64,000 nt of DNA, taken from Felis catus. Taxonomy: Eukaryota. This document shows, one piece after another, positions 23,673 through 36,767 of this stretch. The notes under the pieces were generated by a model that worked only from the letters and a program-made list of their open reading frames with translations, ran no database searches and was not told where the DNA came from. A program made the translations under genes and the position numbers. The stretch is taken from NCBI RefSeq assembly GCF_018350175.1, contig NC_058383.1:11844001-11908000 (forward strand), in the 5' to 3' direction. Every line of letters begins with the position of its first letter. Position 1 is the stretch's first letter.

Positions 23673-25036
23673 CCCAGGCACCCAGACAATGTACAGATTG
23701 TTTAGAGGAAATTCATAAACGGTATAAGCAATTGAATTAAAAAGTGGCTATTTTAATTGTTCCCATTCTAGGATTTCAAGGTGCTGGAAATCTAAAGGGA
23801 GCTGGGTTTGCCGAATTCCTATTACGCGCACTGTTGGTAGGCGCGGTATGCGAATTGCCCACTTTGACCATTGTGGCCATTGTCCTTATTTTATGGATAA
23901 GGACATCAGGGCTTCCAGATGCTAGTTCTAGGCGATTTTCCTGCAGTCCCACAGCTAATGGGCAGCAAACCGGGACTCTCCCCTCCCTTCCTGCCAATTC
24001 AGAAGTACACGTTGCTTCTACGACACCGAGCATTGAACATTCCGTGATTTTAAGATTGCGTGCTTTGGTGATCCTGAAGGATGCTTCTAAAGTTGCAGGG
24101 TTCCAAGACTCTGCAGACCCGGCTTGGCAAGAGAGGTGTGGGTAGGAGGATGGTGGGGGGGGGGGCAGGGAGCAAGAAGGGGCAGGGAGACCAGAGAAAT
24201 CACAAAGGTGATTATTCACCCCAACAAAGCGTTCTTGTGTATTTCTCTGCATTTCTACCAGGCAGGCCTGTGACCTGAGAACAACTCCCTTGGAGCCAGG
24301 GTTTTTCTCATTTCCTGGCTCCTAATCTAATAGAAATGTCTAAACTAGGTGGCTGGCTCTGGCAGAGAGAGGGGAAAAACAATCTAGGATCCATCACTGC
24401 ATGGGAAATGGCGTCTGCAGGAAAGATGTCAGGAAGGCACAAAGCTCTGTTCACCCCGGTGCTTCTCCTGGCCACCGCTGTTCCGCTCTCGGTCTCCTGC
24501 CTGCACCGCGAGAAAGGTGTCGGGCAGGGTCGTCCAGAGGGGAGCCTGGCTGGCCAGGGCGCCACACCTCTGCCAGATGCCAGCTGACGCTCTGACTTTC
24601 TTTGCAACTTGATTAAATGCCTCTTTGCTGGTTGCCAACCAGAGGGTCGGACCTCGAGCGTCCAGACTGTGGTCTAAAAGAACTCCTTACGGCATTAAAT
24701 AAAGAATAATATCCAGTGCAGAGCTTCCAGGGGTTTTCTGAAGCTCCAGCTATCCCCCTTGGACAATCAATGCCAAGTCCTTTCCCAGCCAGGATCCATG
24801 TAGCAGGAGGCAGAGTCCTAAAGCACCTTTGTAAAACAGTGTGTTTCCATTTGTAATCTAAGGGACGGCACTAAGAATCAACAGGCATGTGGGTGGAGCC
24901 TTACCCCGGTCCCAACTACAAATGAGAGCCGCCAAAATCTATCCGTGCTGGTCACCTAACGTACTGGACCCCAGGAGGCAGATATGTCCAACAAAGAGTG
25001 TTCCCTGTCCTTAGATGTTTGTGGTTATCACATTAA

Positions 25037-25240
25037 TTTATTATTTTTTAAGTTTATTTATATACTTTTGAGAGAGAAAGAGAGAGAGCAAGGGAGGGGC
25101 AGTGAGAGAGGGAGAGAGAGTGCCAAGCAGGGACTGTCAACACAGAGCCCGGTGCAGGGCTCGATCCCATGACCATGATAGCATGACCTGAGCTGAAATC
25201 AAGAGTCGGACGCTTAACCGACAGAGACACCAGGCACCCC
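25037..25240 (-). mobile_element. Can-SINE
   Basis: Body ending CAGGCACCCC. Confidence 0.92.
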
Positions 25241-25548
25241 TCATGTGAAATTATTAACCAAACCAAATTAAACGCTTCTCAGATTTCACCAAATTTCTCA
25301 CTAATGTCCTTTTTCTGTTCCAGGATCCAGCTCAAGATCGCATTTAGTTAGTTTCATTACTTTAATTGAATTTTCCCACAGCCTTGTTGTAGTGGAATTG
25401 ATTATATAAGATGATCATATTAGGGGAGTCAGGGTGAAAGGTCTCCAGAAACTCTCACCTAGGGCTGGGATCGGGGTGGGGATGGGAACGTTGACCCTCA
25501 AGGAACATGAGGGAACGTTCTGGGGCAATAGGAACGTTATAAATTTTT

Positions 25549-25769
25549 TAAAAAAATTTTTTTTTTCAACGTTTATTTATTTTTGGGACAGAGAGAGACA
25601 GAGCATGAACGGGGGAGGGGCAGAGAGAGAGGGAGACACAGAATCGGAAACAGGCTCCAGGCTCTGAGCCATCAGCCCAGAGCCTGACGCGGGGCTCGAA
25701 CCCACGGACCGCGAGATCGTGACCTGGCTGAAGTCGGACGCTTAACCGACTGCACCACCCAGGTGCCCC
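25549..25769 (-). mobile_element. Young Can-SINE inside an old L1 3' fragment (~25450-25900)
   Basis: TSD TATAAATTTTT; flanks read as an L1M 3'UTR (TTTGTCAAAACTCATCAAACTGTA...TATGTAAATTATACCTCAA). Confidence 0.95.
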
Positions 25770-27177
25770 TATAAATTTTTATTATGGTGGTGTTTACATA
25801 GATGTATATGTTTGTCAAAACTCATCAAACTGTATATTTAAAGTAAGTGTATTTAACTGTATGTAAATTATACCTCAAGAAAGTTGACATTTAAAAATCT
25901 TTTAAATCAAAATAAGATCACATCCCTCCTGTCCATAAAAATCCTTCAATGGCTTCCCAGTACGCATGAAATAAAATTCAATTTTAAAACAATGAAAATA
26001 AATCACATGGCTCTAATAAAATGTTGGTTAAGGTCCTCAAGATACAAAGAGCACTCATTAACCAACAAGAAAATGGGCTTGGGTCATGAATGGGCAATGT
26101 ATAAGGAAATAAGAATGGGTAATCACATTTGAAAATAAGTTTAGCTCTATTAATAATAAAATAAATATAATTTGTAACGAAAGATCAGAAGATTATCATG
26201 CAGTGGTTTGTTCAAGGCTAGAAACAAAGAGTCAGGCTTCCTCAACAGCCCTTCATCTGAGGAGCTGGCCAAGTCCCTTTCTATCAGGATTCTCTTTTTT
26301 CTGCTTCCTAGTCACTCTCTCCAGTGAAATGAAGTGTCAAAGAAAAATTGTGTTTAAATAGATGTGACCGTGTTGCCCAGACTCTTTGGCAGAGGCTACA
26401 AAGGCAGAGAACAGCATGAAAGATGCCAAGTACATGAGCTTCCTTAATTAAGGTCCCAGACCAGTGCAGGACGTGCTAAGAGATTCAGCCAGCGATGGTC
26501 CCACCACACAGGCTGCTTCTGTAGGAATCGATTCAGGACGACGTGAACAATTTATTTGGACAAAGGCATTGGTATGTCCCGATTCCCCTCCCATGGGGGC
26601 CTCAGGTCAGGAAAGGGGGGGTTGGAGTTGGGGACACGGGGAACCAGAAGCTTGACCCACTTGGGCCTGAGGGGCTGTGGGATGGGTTTGAACTCACACC
26701 GTCTCCCCCAAGGCAAAGACAGGACTGGACCGGAATGGTCTGTGACCAGAGCAGGCAGGGTGGAGCCTGGGGAGGTCTCTGTGTTAGAATTGCTAAGGGG
26801 ACAGTAAGGACAAGGACCCCAACAGAGTGGATGAAGGAGCTGTTGAGTAGCCAGGGGGAAGAGGCATCGCCATTAAGGGACACACAGACACGAGCTATTC
26901 CTGGTGACGGGGAAGGTCTCCAAAGAACTCTCAAGGGCCTCCCGTGAAAAAGAGAACTGCCACACCCCGGAGGCCCAATCACAATGGCAAAGGTACCCTT
27001 CAAGTAAGAAGGTCCCTGCCCCTTGTCTTTCCCCCTTAATCCTCTGCAACCCTGGAGGGACCCAAAGCACAGCCAGAAAGTGGTGGATTTTGAACAAGAG
27101 GGAAAGAGGTGACCATCTACTGTCCCTCTGTCAGTGCTGATCTGGGGAAAGGAGGAAATTTTAAGTGGAATGATAGT

Positions 27178-27208
27178 TTATTTATTTATTTGCTTAATAT
27201 TTCTTTAT

Positions 27209-27243
<35 letters not shown>

Positions 27244-27423
27244 CAGGGGCAGAGAGCGAGAGCGAAAGCGAGAGCGAGAGAAAGAGAGAGAGAGAGAGCA
27301 TCCCAGCCAGGTTCCACACTCAGCGTGGAGCCCGACTCTGGGCTCAATCTCATGACCGTGAGATCATGACCTGAGCCAAAATCAGGGGTCAGACATTTAA
27401 CTGACTGAGCTACCCAGGTGCCC
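27178..27423 (-). mobile_element. Can-SINE with expanded (GA)n
   Basis: SINE body ending CAGGTGCCC. Confidence 0.92.
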
Positions 27424-27465
27424 TGAATGAGAGTTAAGATATGACTCTAGACTGTAGTTTTTAAA

Positions 27466-27674
27466 ATTTTTTTTTAATGTTTATTTACCTTTGAGACAGA
27501 GAGAGAGCACAAGCAAGAGAGGGTCAGAGAGAGAGGGAGACACAGAATCCGAAGCAGGCTCTGGGCTCTGAGCTGTCAGCACAGAGCCCGACGCGGGGCT
27601 CGAACCCACGAACCGTGAGATCATGACCTGAGCGGAAGTTGGACGGTCAACCGACTGAACCACCCAGGCGCCCC
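27466..27674 (-). mobile_element. Can-SINE with TSD
   Basis: CTAGACTGTAGTTTTT / CTAGTCTGTAGTTTTT flanks. Confidence 0.96.
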
Positions 27675-28499
27675 ACTAGTCTGTAGTTTTTAAAAACACT
27701 TAGAAAATGTTATTCTTTGTTATGATGTCTCTCTCTCTCTCTTTTTTTTTTTTTGGCCTGAACATGATTGGGGGATGTCTGATTACCCTAAATTGCCCTA
27801 AAAAGCTGAAAGACTGAACTAAAACGATAAAACGAAAAACTTAACTAGCACAATAAATACATAAATCAACAAAGAAATAAAATATAAACCATCAATCAAG
27901 AAACTACATTAATCGTATAATTGGGCCATACGACATGCAGCTTTTATATACGAGAAAAACTCTTAGCACAAGCTTATGCCTCCCTCCTGCTTCCTGAGTC
28001 GTCGCGTGGATGAAATATTCTAAATGAACATTTAGGCCACCTTGGGCAGAATCTCATAATGTCCCTATTATCCTCTCATAATACCAAACACCCCTGGAAA
28101 TGTTCTGCTCATGGTGTTACATTCAATCCCCTATCATTGATTTCTGTAAGAAATATAATAAGGTTCTTTCACGGAACAGAGCTTCTCAAAGCGTCGGTGT
28201 GTGCAAAAACATACCACGGCCGTATTTTGTCTCCTTGTTGCCGAGAATTCCTCCAGAAATTTAGTCTTCCTATTTGATAAGAAATGCGGAATTTCATCCC
28301 CATTGGTTTGAAAGAAGCCACTTTTTCATGTCGAGAGATCTGGTGTTTCCTGGGTGTCATTCTACGGATGGCAGAGAGTTACTCCCATAGCCCACCTGCC
28401 GAACTCTCTCCTGTAACTCACGGGGTTTCTCTTACCTTTTCTTCTCTTGCAGACAGAATTAGCCAGTGATAACTTGTTTTGTAAAGATTTAAAAAAAAA

Positions 28500-28926
28500 T
28501 TTTTTTTTTCAAAGTTTATTTATTTTTGGGACAGAGAGAGACAGAGCATGAACGGGGGAGGGGCAGAGAGAGAGGGAGACACAGAACCGGAAGCAGGCTC
28601 CAGGCTCCGAGCCATCAGCCCAGAGCCTGACGCGGGGCTCGAACTCACGGACCGCGAGATCGTGACCTGGCTGACGTCGGACGCTTAACCGATTGCGCCA
28701 CCCAGGCGCCCCAAGATTTTTTTTAAAGTTATTTATTTATTTTGAGAGAGAGAGAGAAAGAGCAGGAAAGGGGGAAAGAGAGAGAGAGGGAGAGAGAGAG
28801 AATCCCAAGCAGCGGAGGGATTCAGGGCAGAGCCTGATGCGGGGCTCAAATTCACGAGCTGCGACATCATGACCTGAGCTGAAATCAAGAGTTGGAGGCT
28901 TAACCGACTGAGCCACCGAGGTGCCC
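28500..28926 (-). mobile_element. Nested SINE dimer: young SINE (28500-28712) inserted in the A-tail of an older SINE (28713-28926)
   Basis: Inner TSD AAGATTT; outer TSD GTGATAACTT near 28466 and 28939. Confidence 0.93.
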
Positions 28927-29039
28927 AACCCCCCACTCGTGATAACTTATAATACCCGTATCTGGTATATGCCCCTCCTACCCGGTCAACCCCTCCTTCC
29001 TCTCTTCCCTGCTCTATGTGGCGGCTTTAAAACCTGATT

Positions 29040-29520
29040 TCAAATCTGTTGACACTCTACCCTCAAGTTTGATGGCCTTCCTCTTGTATATGAGCTGGGC
29101 TTGGTGAGCCACTTTTCACAGCAGAATATGGCAGAAGGGATGGTCTGTGCCATCCAGGGCTGGGTCATGAAAGGTAACACAGCACAACGGCCCAGACGCT
29201 CTCTTGGGACACTCACTCTTGGAATCCAGCTACCATGCTGGATCCCAGGCCACGTAGAGAAACCTTGCGTAGGTGTTCCAGCCAATAGCATGGCCGAGGT
29301 CCCAGCTCACAACTGGCATCCATCACCTGGCCTGTGAATGGGGAAGCTTCAACATGAGCCCAGCCCACTCATGGTCTGACTGCAGCCACAGGAGGAGCCT
29401 CGAGAGAGAGCCACCCAACTAAATCCAGTTGTGCGACAGATTCCAATATGCGATTGCCGTTGCTTTAGGCCACAAAGTCTAGGCTGGTTGGTGACACAGC
29501 TGTAGATGATCAGAACACGG
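29040..29520 (+). mobile_element. MaLR LTR (MLT1F/G/H-like)
   Basis: ACTCACTCTTGGAATCCAGCTACCATGCTG...CTGACTGCAGCCACA...GCTTTAGGCCAC. Confidence 0.7.
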
Positions 29521-29754
29521 CCAAACTAGGGAAACTTTAGAATGTTCATTGTCTCTGAAACGCCATTTCCGTTCTAGGTTATATATGTTATGTGTTTATT
29601 TATGTGTTTGCTTTTTCGTTTTGGTTTGTTTTAAGTTTTTTCTTTTTTTAATTTTAATTCCAGTTGGTTAACGTACAGTGTCATATTCGTTTCGGGTCAT
29701 GCCCTATGACTTAGAATCCAAACGGAAACAACTTTTAGGCAGAGAGCAATTTTT

Positions 29755-29918
29755 TTTTCAATAGATGAAATTTATTGTCAAATTGGTTTCCATACAACAC
29801 CCAGTGCTCATCCCAAAAGGTGCCCTCCTCAATACCCATCACCCACCCTCCCCTCCCTCCCACCCCCCATCAACCCTCAGTTTGTTCTCAGTTTTTAACA
29901 GTCTCTTATGCTTTGGCT
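29755..29918 (-). mobile_element. Young felid L1 3' end, heavily 5'-truncated, with perfect TSD
   Basis: AAATTTATTGTCAAATTGGTTTCCATACAACACCCAGTGCTCATCCC; 15-bp TSD CAGAGAGCAATTTTT at 29740 and 29919. Confidence 0.9.
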
Positions 29919-30884
29919 CAGAGAGCAATTTTTTAACGGCAACATATTGGGAGGAACCATTTCCCTGTTACTGCCACACTTGGGCGACGATACTATCCCA
30001 AAGTCACACAATGAGATGGTAGGAAATTCAATGAAATATGACGGAGCGGTCAACATGTCAAGGCTTTCCAGTCTAGACAAATAACATCCTCGTAGCTCCC
30101 TGTGATTCCCCGCCAAACACAATGATACATTCTGCAAATAATACAAGAGTCAACTAACCACAACTCTGAAAGTTGGTAAGAGGAAGAAGACATAATGGTT
30201 TGGGACCCTGGCATTGGAGGAAAAACACAGTAGCAGAGTGATGTCCGCCCTCGCCCAACAGAAGGTAACCCAGACCAGTATTGCCCTGTCCTCAACCCAG
30301 CATCATCTTCCCCTGGGTCAAATGGTGGGGGGAGAGTGGCATAACTTCAGTAGGATGAGTAAGTGGCCAAGGGAAGCACCTTCCCCTACTGTTGGGTCAG
30401 AGACTCCCCTCCCTCACTGAGAGATGTTGAGGCAGAGACATGGACCTGGCAAGAGAAACCTGCTACAACACACAACCTCCCCCCCCACCCCAAGGCTCTT
30501 TGTCCCATAGACCTGAGATTCTGTGTCACCACCCAGAGACCCTGAGAAGACATGACACCATTGAAGGGATTCTACCACAACCGCCTCTGGTCTGGGGAAG
30601 CACTCTCGGACCCCCCTGAGAAGGGAGGTGTTCCGCCACAAGTACTAGGCCAGGGAAACCTCTGAAGTAGACCATCTCCCCAGCTTTACGAGCATTAAAG
30701 AAATTGAACTTGTGACTCAAGAGCTCCGCCAAATGAAACCTCAACGAGAGGTCACTACGCATCTATCAGAATGACCAGAAGAGTGACAATACGGAATGCT
30801 GGTAAGGGTGTGGAGAAAGTGGGTCACCCACTCATTGTTGGTGAGAATGTAAAATGGTAAAGCCACTCTAGAAAACAATTTTGA

Positions 30885-31093
30885 GGGGCGCCTGGGGGGC
30901 TCAGTCGGTTCAGCGTCTGTCTTCGGCTCAGATTCGTGAGTTCGAGCTTCGCGTCGGGCTCTGTGCTGACGGCTCGGAGCCCGGAGCCTGCTTCGGATTC
31001 TGTGTCTCCCTCTCTCTCTGCCCCTCCCCTACGAGCTCTCTCTCTCTCTCTCTCTGTCTGTCTCTTTCTCAAAAATAAATAAACATTAAAAAA
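30885..31093 (+). mobile_element. Can-SINE
   Basis: TSD AGAAAACAA. Confidence 0.95.
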
Positions 31094-31341
31094 ATGAGAA
31101 AACAACCTTGTGTTTTCTTACTGAGTTAAATGCACAAATATTGCATGATCCCACGATGGCGTTCTTGGGCATTTATTGCAGAGAAATGAAAACTTAGTTC
31201 CACAAAAAAATCCTGTGTGCAGCAGGTTTATTAGGAATAGCCCCAAATGGGAAACAGCTCAGCTGTTTTTCAACAGGGGCAAGATGAAACAAAGTGTAGC
31301 ATATACATACCGTGGGACCCAGCCTAGCAACAAAAAGAACC

Positions 31342-31908
31342 ATTCTCCCCCCTTCGTTATAGCTGAAAGTTAGTACCTCCTTCCACCTTCTTCCTGTTTC
31401 TACCATCCACCCCACCCACCATCCAGCCCCTAGCAATTACTCTTCTATCCTATGTTTCCATGAGTTTGAATTTTTTTTTTAAGATCTCACGTACAAGTGA
31501 GATCACGCAGTATTCATCTTTCTTTGTCTAGCTTATTTAACTTCGAATAATGCCACCAAGTTCCTTCCATGTTGTTTCAAATGGCAGGATTGCCTTCCTG
31601 CTCATGGCTGAATAATGTATCTGTTGAATATTGTTCAATTATATATATTATAAACACACACACACACACACACACACTCACACATACATATATATATGGA
31701 ACATCATCCATTCAGCCGTTGATAGACACTTAGGTTGTTTCCATACGTTGGTTGTTGTGAATAATGCTTCTGTGAACATAGGAATGTAGATATTTCTTCA
31801 ATATACTGATTTTTCATTTCCTTTCAACAGATATCCGGCAGTAACATTGGTGGCTCATAGGCTAGTGCTGTTTTTAATTTCCTGGGGAAACCCCACACTG
31901 TTTTCCAT
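31342..31908 (-). mobile_element. Younger L1 fragment (L1MA/L1_Carn-like) containing a (CA)n/(TA)n tract
   Basis: AAGTGAGATCACGCAGTATT...CACTTAGGTTGTTTCCATA...CCACACTGTTTTCCATAG. Confidence 0.85.
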
Positions 31909-33909
31909 AGGAACAAATTATTGGCGCATCCCAAAATGTACATGAATCTCCAGGAATTATGCAGCGTGAAAGTCAATGTCAAAATGTCACGTACTGTGTG
32001 ATTCCATTCGAATGACGAAATAGAGAAATGGGGAACAAAGCCGGGGATGGCAGGAGTCAAGGACAGGGTGGAAGAAGGAGGGGGTTGATGTGGTTCCCAC
32101 AGAACAGCACAGGGGACCCTTGTGGGGATGGAAATATTCAGACCCGATCGTGATGGATACAGGGATCTACACATCTGACAAAATCGTGTAAGACTGAGCG
32201 CTGAGCACCCGGGGGCACACGCACACAAAAGAAATGAGCCATAAATACAACTGGAGAAGTCTGAATAAGATCAGTGGGTTATGTCAATGTCAACAACCCG
32301 GCGCTAACATTGTACTATGGTTTTGCCAGCTCCTACCACTGGGGGAAACGGGGTTGAGGACTGCGTATTTTTTCGTACAACTGTATGCGGATCTATGATT
32401 ATCTCAGCAAAACTTTTAATTAAAAATTATGTTTACGAAGAGGCTGTGATCGCATGCAACAAATTGTTTACAACATAAACCAGAGGCTGTAAAAAATTAA
32501 AATAGTCGTAAAATTTATGCGCGGCACCATTCTGGCAAGTAGATTCAAATAAAGTAAAACTCAGAAGTGTATACAGTTTAAAGTTAAGAGAGAAATGGGA
32601 AATCCAAAGGAAAACAAAAAACACCATGTTAAAATTTTATTTTCTAAATTTTCTACCACGAGCACATGAGACGTGTGCGGTAGAAGACATAAACTTTCTT
32701 AAAGTAGACATTTGTACCCACTCTCAGATCCTTAGTATTTATCAACGCCATTAGAGACCTACATTTCTCAATAAATGCTTCTGGAAACTCAGTCTGAATG
32801 GCACATCTGTATGTAGAAGGAGAAGCAGGAGTCTTCAAAAGCGGAGTCTCAATGAAAAAAAAAAATTAGACATCAGTCAGTGGGTTCAGGAGAGGAACCA
32901 AGGGAGGTGGTAGCCGTGTCCCTACCCCTTTCTGGGTCCTTGGAACTTGTGGCATATTGGGATCGGCCGCTCTGCTCTTGTTGAAGGCTGATCCCATGCC
33001 TCCAGGATGGAGTCCTCTCCTATCCCACGACTGACGGACTTCCGCCTTGGGTTGAAAGTATTCAACTGTGAAGACACAATTTCAAATCGGCCTGCCTGTT
33101 TCAGTATGCACAAACCCCTCCACAACACAGAGATCTCTCCGGGGAAATTCTGAAGGGAAGTAGAGGGTGCTGAAGGAATTTGGAGAAGATTGTTTTCTGC
33201 ATGGAGAGTTCTGAGTGAAATTAGATTGTACCCCGAAGTCACCGGGCTAGAAAATACTGGGGGAGAAAAACGATCCCCTTTGCAGCACGAAGAATAGTGT
33301 TTCATTTCTAAATGAAGGAAGACTATCACCGAATTACAAAAGCAGAAGGCACCTGAGAGACCCACCATCATGTTCAACAACATCAGGTGGCCCCATTACA
33401 TGTAGCCTATAGACACGGTGGCCCCAAGAGTTGTGCAGAGTACAACTTCCGTGACCGTATTCATCAAATTCTGCTAAATCCAGTCACTGCCAACACTGCT
33501 TTTCCACCCCCTTGTACTGAGATACGATCCCTTCGAGAGGCGGAAAGTACCAGAGAAGGGAAAGAGTTCGTCCGAAGTCACGCGGCTAACCACAGAACCC
33601 GGATTCTTGAGTTTTAGACCAATTCTCTTTCCTCTCTACAATGCTTTCTGGAAGAAATGTGTTTACTGAAAAAAAATTTTTTTTTGTCTTAAACATATTC
33701 GTTTCAAGGATCCATGGCTGGAACCCAAACTGGGGCTGTTGTCATAATATTGAAACAAGAGTTGAATTGGGGGCAGATTCTAAGTACGGTTTTCTCATAT
33801 GAAATGACAATAATAATAACACCTGCCTTTTAGGGTTGTTTAGGGAGTTCATATATATAGAACACTTAGAACAGCACCCGTCATATAGAAAGCACTTTGT
33901 AAGTATTAG

Positions 33910-33962
33910 ATATTGTATTATATTACGTTATATTATATTATATTATATATTATAATATTATT
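33910..33962. repeat. (TATTA)n low-complexity tract
   Basis: Direct reading. Confidence 0.85.
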
Positions 33963-34082
33963 ACCAACATAAATAAAGTGAACAATAAATGAAATGTAGA
34001 CCCTTCAGAGAACATGTACTTTTCATTTATGCTTCCACAAGACTTGGCATGGCTTTGAGAAAGTGCTCTATTAATCTCATTT

Positions 34083-34252
34083 GATGATGGATGGACAGAT
34101 GGATGGATAAATAGATAGAAGGAAGGATGGATGGACGGATGGATTGATGGATGGATCAATGGATGAGAAAGGGATGGATGGAACAATGGAGTGACGGACG
34201 GATGAATGTGTGGACGGATGGGATAAATAAACGAATAAATAGCCGGATGAAT
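34083..34252. repeat. Degenerate (GGAT)n tetranucleotide repeat
   Basis: Direct reading. Confidence 0.92.
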
Positions 34253-34539
34253 CAATTCAAGTTCATATGATTAAGAAACCTGTTAACTCCATAGAATGAG
34301 TCTTTCTCACCAGATGCTTTTTGCATGGAGAATAAAGACAGGAGGTTAGTCACGGATGATATGTTAGAGTTTTGGTCTCTTCAATGCTGCAGAGTCTGCT
34401 AATAGTGTAGAGAGAGAGCTGTCAGGGCCCCACATAAATTCAGTGATGGCTGAATGCTCAAGTGAGGGAGATGGGAGAGACAGTGTCAGCCAGCCTTCTG
34501 CTCCCAGATGCTGAGATATTCTGTAAAGAAGTATGTAGA

Positions 34540-34762
34540 GGGGCGCCTGGGTGGCTCAGTCAGTTGGGCGTCTGACTTTGGCTCAGGTCATGATCTCACG
34601 GTTCGTGATTTTGAGCCCTGCATTGGGCTCTGTGATGATGGCTCAGAGCCTGGAGCCTGCTTGGGGTTCTGTGTCTCCCTATCTCTCTGCCCCTCCCCTG
34701 CTCACTCTCTGTCTCTTCCTCTCTCTCAAAAATAAATAAACATTAAAAAAATTAAAAAAAAA
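34540..34762 (+). mobile_element. Can-SINE with TSD
   Basis: AAAGAAGTATGTAGA / AAAGAAGTATATAGA. Confidence 0.96.
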
Positions 34763-35039
34763 AGAAGTATATAGAAATGAAACAGGCAGACGGACCATGT
34801 CACAGATCACCCAAGTTGAAACAGATCTTATAGACGGACCTAAACCATACTCTTTCTCCTTAGCACACACCCACACATCCACACTCCAAAACCGAGGCTC
34901 ATCAAGAGAAAGGGGGTAAGTCAAGGGGGTAAATCTAATGTGTTCTGACTCCCAGCTCTTGGATTTCAGGACACAGTTTTCTCTCCCTCTCTCTCTCTCT
35001 CTCCCTCTCTCGATTATTCTCCTGCCATCCTATCTCAGA

Positions 35040-35790
35040 GGCTGCTTGTTCCTTAGCCACTTTTGCTAGATTCTTCTTGTTTTCCTGACTTTAGAACATT
35101 GCAGGGCCTGGGGCTCAGTCCTCTCCTCCCTTGTCCTCTACCCTCATTCCTTAATATATGTGCTATATTATATCCTAAGCCTTTAAATGCCATATATGCA
35201 TTGGTGGATTCTAAACTCATGGCTTCAACCCAACCCCTCCCTTAAACTCCATGTGCTCACTCCATATTACCATGTACATGAATAGGGGTCTCGTGCCAAA
35301 AATCAGGTTTTGATTTTTGTTCCCAGACTGAACCCCTGCCTCCGTCTACCCCATCTCAGGCAATGGCCCTCCAGCCCTATGTGGTCCAGGTCAACAACCT
35401 CAGGATTATCTTTGGTTCCTCTCTCTTGCTCTGTATGACTAATATATTAGAAAACCCTGCCTGCTTTATGTGCAAAACATATTTAGTATCCCAGCACCTC
35501 TCTTAACTGACCTCCCTGCTTTGATTCTTGTCTTCCCATAGTCTATGCCCTTATAGAATGATCTGGCTACTGCTACCCTCTGACCTCATTCAACCTCATC
35601 TCTCAGCACTCTCTGACTTTCTTACTCTGATCGGCCACACCAACCTCTTAACTCTTCCTAAGACCTACTGGGCATGCTCCCATCTCAGGGCCTCTGCATC
35701 AACTTCTCTCACTCTCTCTCTCTCTCTCTGAAATGCTATCCCCAGTTTCAGTAGATCTCTTCTATTTCTTGTATCTTCCCTTGCATTCCT
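35040..35790. mobile_element. L2 fragment
   Basis: GGGCTCAGTCCTC...TAAATGCCATATATGCATTGGTGGATTCTAAA...CCATCTCAGGCAATGGC...CTCAGGGCCTCTGCA. Confidence 0.75.
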
Positions 35791-35845
35791 TCTGCTAGCG
35801 TGGTGGACAAAAAGCACTCAATGGGTTAAGTAATGCTGGGGCTCT

Positions 35846-35859
35846 CTCCCCCTGCTGGA
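35846..35859 (-). promoter_or_regulatory. Candidate CTCF motif
   Basis: Minus strand reads TCCAGCAGGGGGAG, close to the CCASYAGRKGGCRS core; motif match only. Confidence 0.3.
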
Positions 35860-36561
35860 GATCAGGAGGGTGACCGGGAAAGGCCACCTGATGGGAAACC
35901 TTCCATCATGAGGTAGAAGGCTAGATTACTCTCAATTCAGGTGTCTAGGGCCTAGAATACTCCATAAGACTGTTTTGTCACAAAGAGCTCTGAGATACGG
36001 TCCCTAAGGGGCACGTAAACTTGCCAGAACTTTTTTATCCCCTGCATCTTCGTTGTTTCTGTCTTTTGAGCTCTGAAACCCAGGCTGGAGAGTGTTTTCT
36101 TATTTGTATGCGTTGTTACGGCTATTTGCGAACAAACGTCATTTCACATTTTGGACCGGGAGCGTCTCAAAGCTGGACATTCACAGCTTTATAGTCTCTC
36201 CCATTTCTGCCCCTGAACACGATACAGAAGAAGCCCATGCTAATAGGGAACACTGATGGGGCACGTACGATGGGCTCATTGTAGAGGTTGTTTGCAAAAA
36301 CGGTGGGCCTCAAGAGGCCTTGCACGGATCTGCTGAGTCCCTTGGAGCTCGGCCGAGTCTCCGCTGGCCAGCCTGCTGGAGGGCGAGAGACCACATAACA
36401 CAGCTGAGGCCGTTCTGGACCGGCCAGCCCCAGCCGGCCATGGCAGCCGTCTGCGGATACACGAGGAAGCCTAGCCAAGGCCAGGGCAACGACTCAACAG
36501 CTCCTCATTCAAGTTGTCAACCCACAGAACCGTGAAGCAGATCACTGGTGGTTGTTTTAAG

Positions 36562-36767
36562 CCGGGGGGTGGGCCAACTGTGGCCCACCAGCCAAACGTG
36601 GCCTGCCTCCTGTTTTTGCAAATACAGTTGTACTGGAACACCCCTCCCGCAGGTGCCTATGTATCGTCCATAGCTATTTTCACATGGTGGCAGCAGACCT
36701 AGGTCGGTACGATAGCGCTTGAAATATTTACCGCCTGCCCCTTTACGGAAAACGTTAGCGAACACTG
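36562..36767. mobile_element. MER58A-like hAT MITE inserted in an MLT1 remnant (~36320-36810)
   Basis: GGCCTGCCTCCTGTTTTTGCAAATACAGTTGTACTGGAACAC...AAATATTTACCGCCTGCCCCTTTACGGAAAA. Confidence 0.8.

Larger units (their letters stand above)
30755..32425 (+). mobile_element. Old L1M 3' region interrupted by a SINE and by a younger antisense L1
   Basis: L1 ORF2-end/3'UTR text resumes colinearly after each insertion. Confidence 0.8.

Noticed and set aside
23744..24145. 133-aa ORF with hydrophobic, membrane-like stretches
   Set aside because: It overlaps a decayed MIR (TGTCCTTATTTTATGGATAAGGACA...CCCACAGCTAAT); non-ATG start and no recognisable homology
33950..34255. His/Pro/Ser/Ile-rich ORF
   Set aside because: It is a translation of the (GGAT)n repeat
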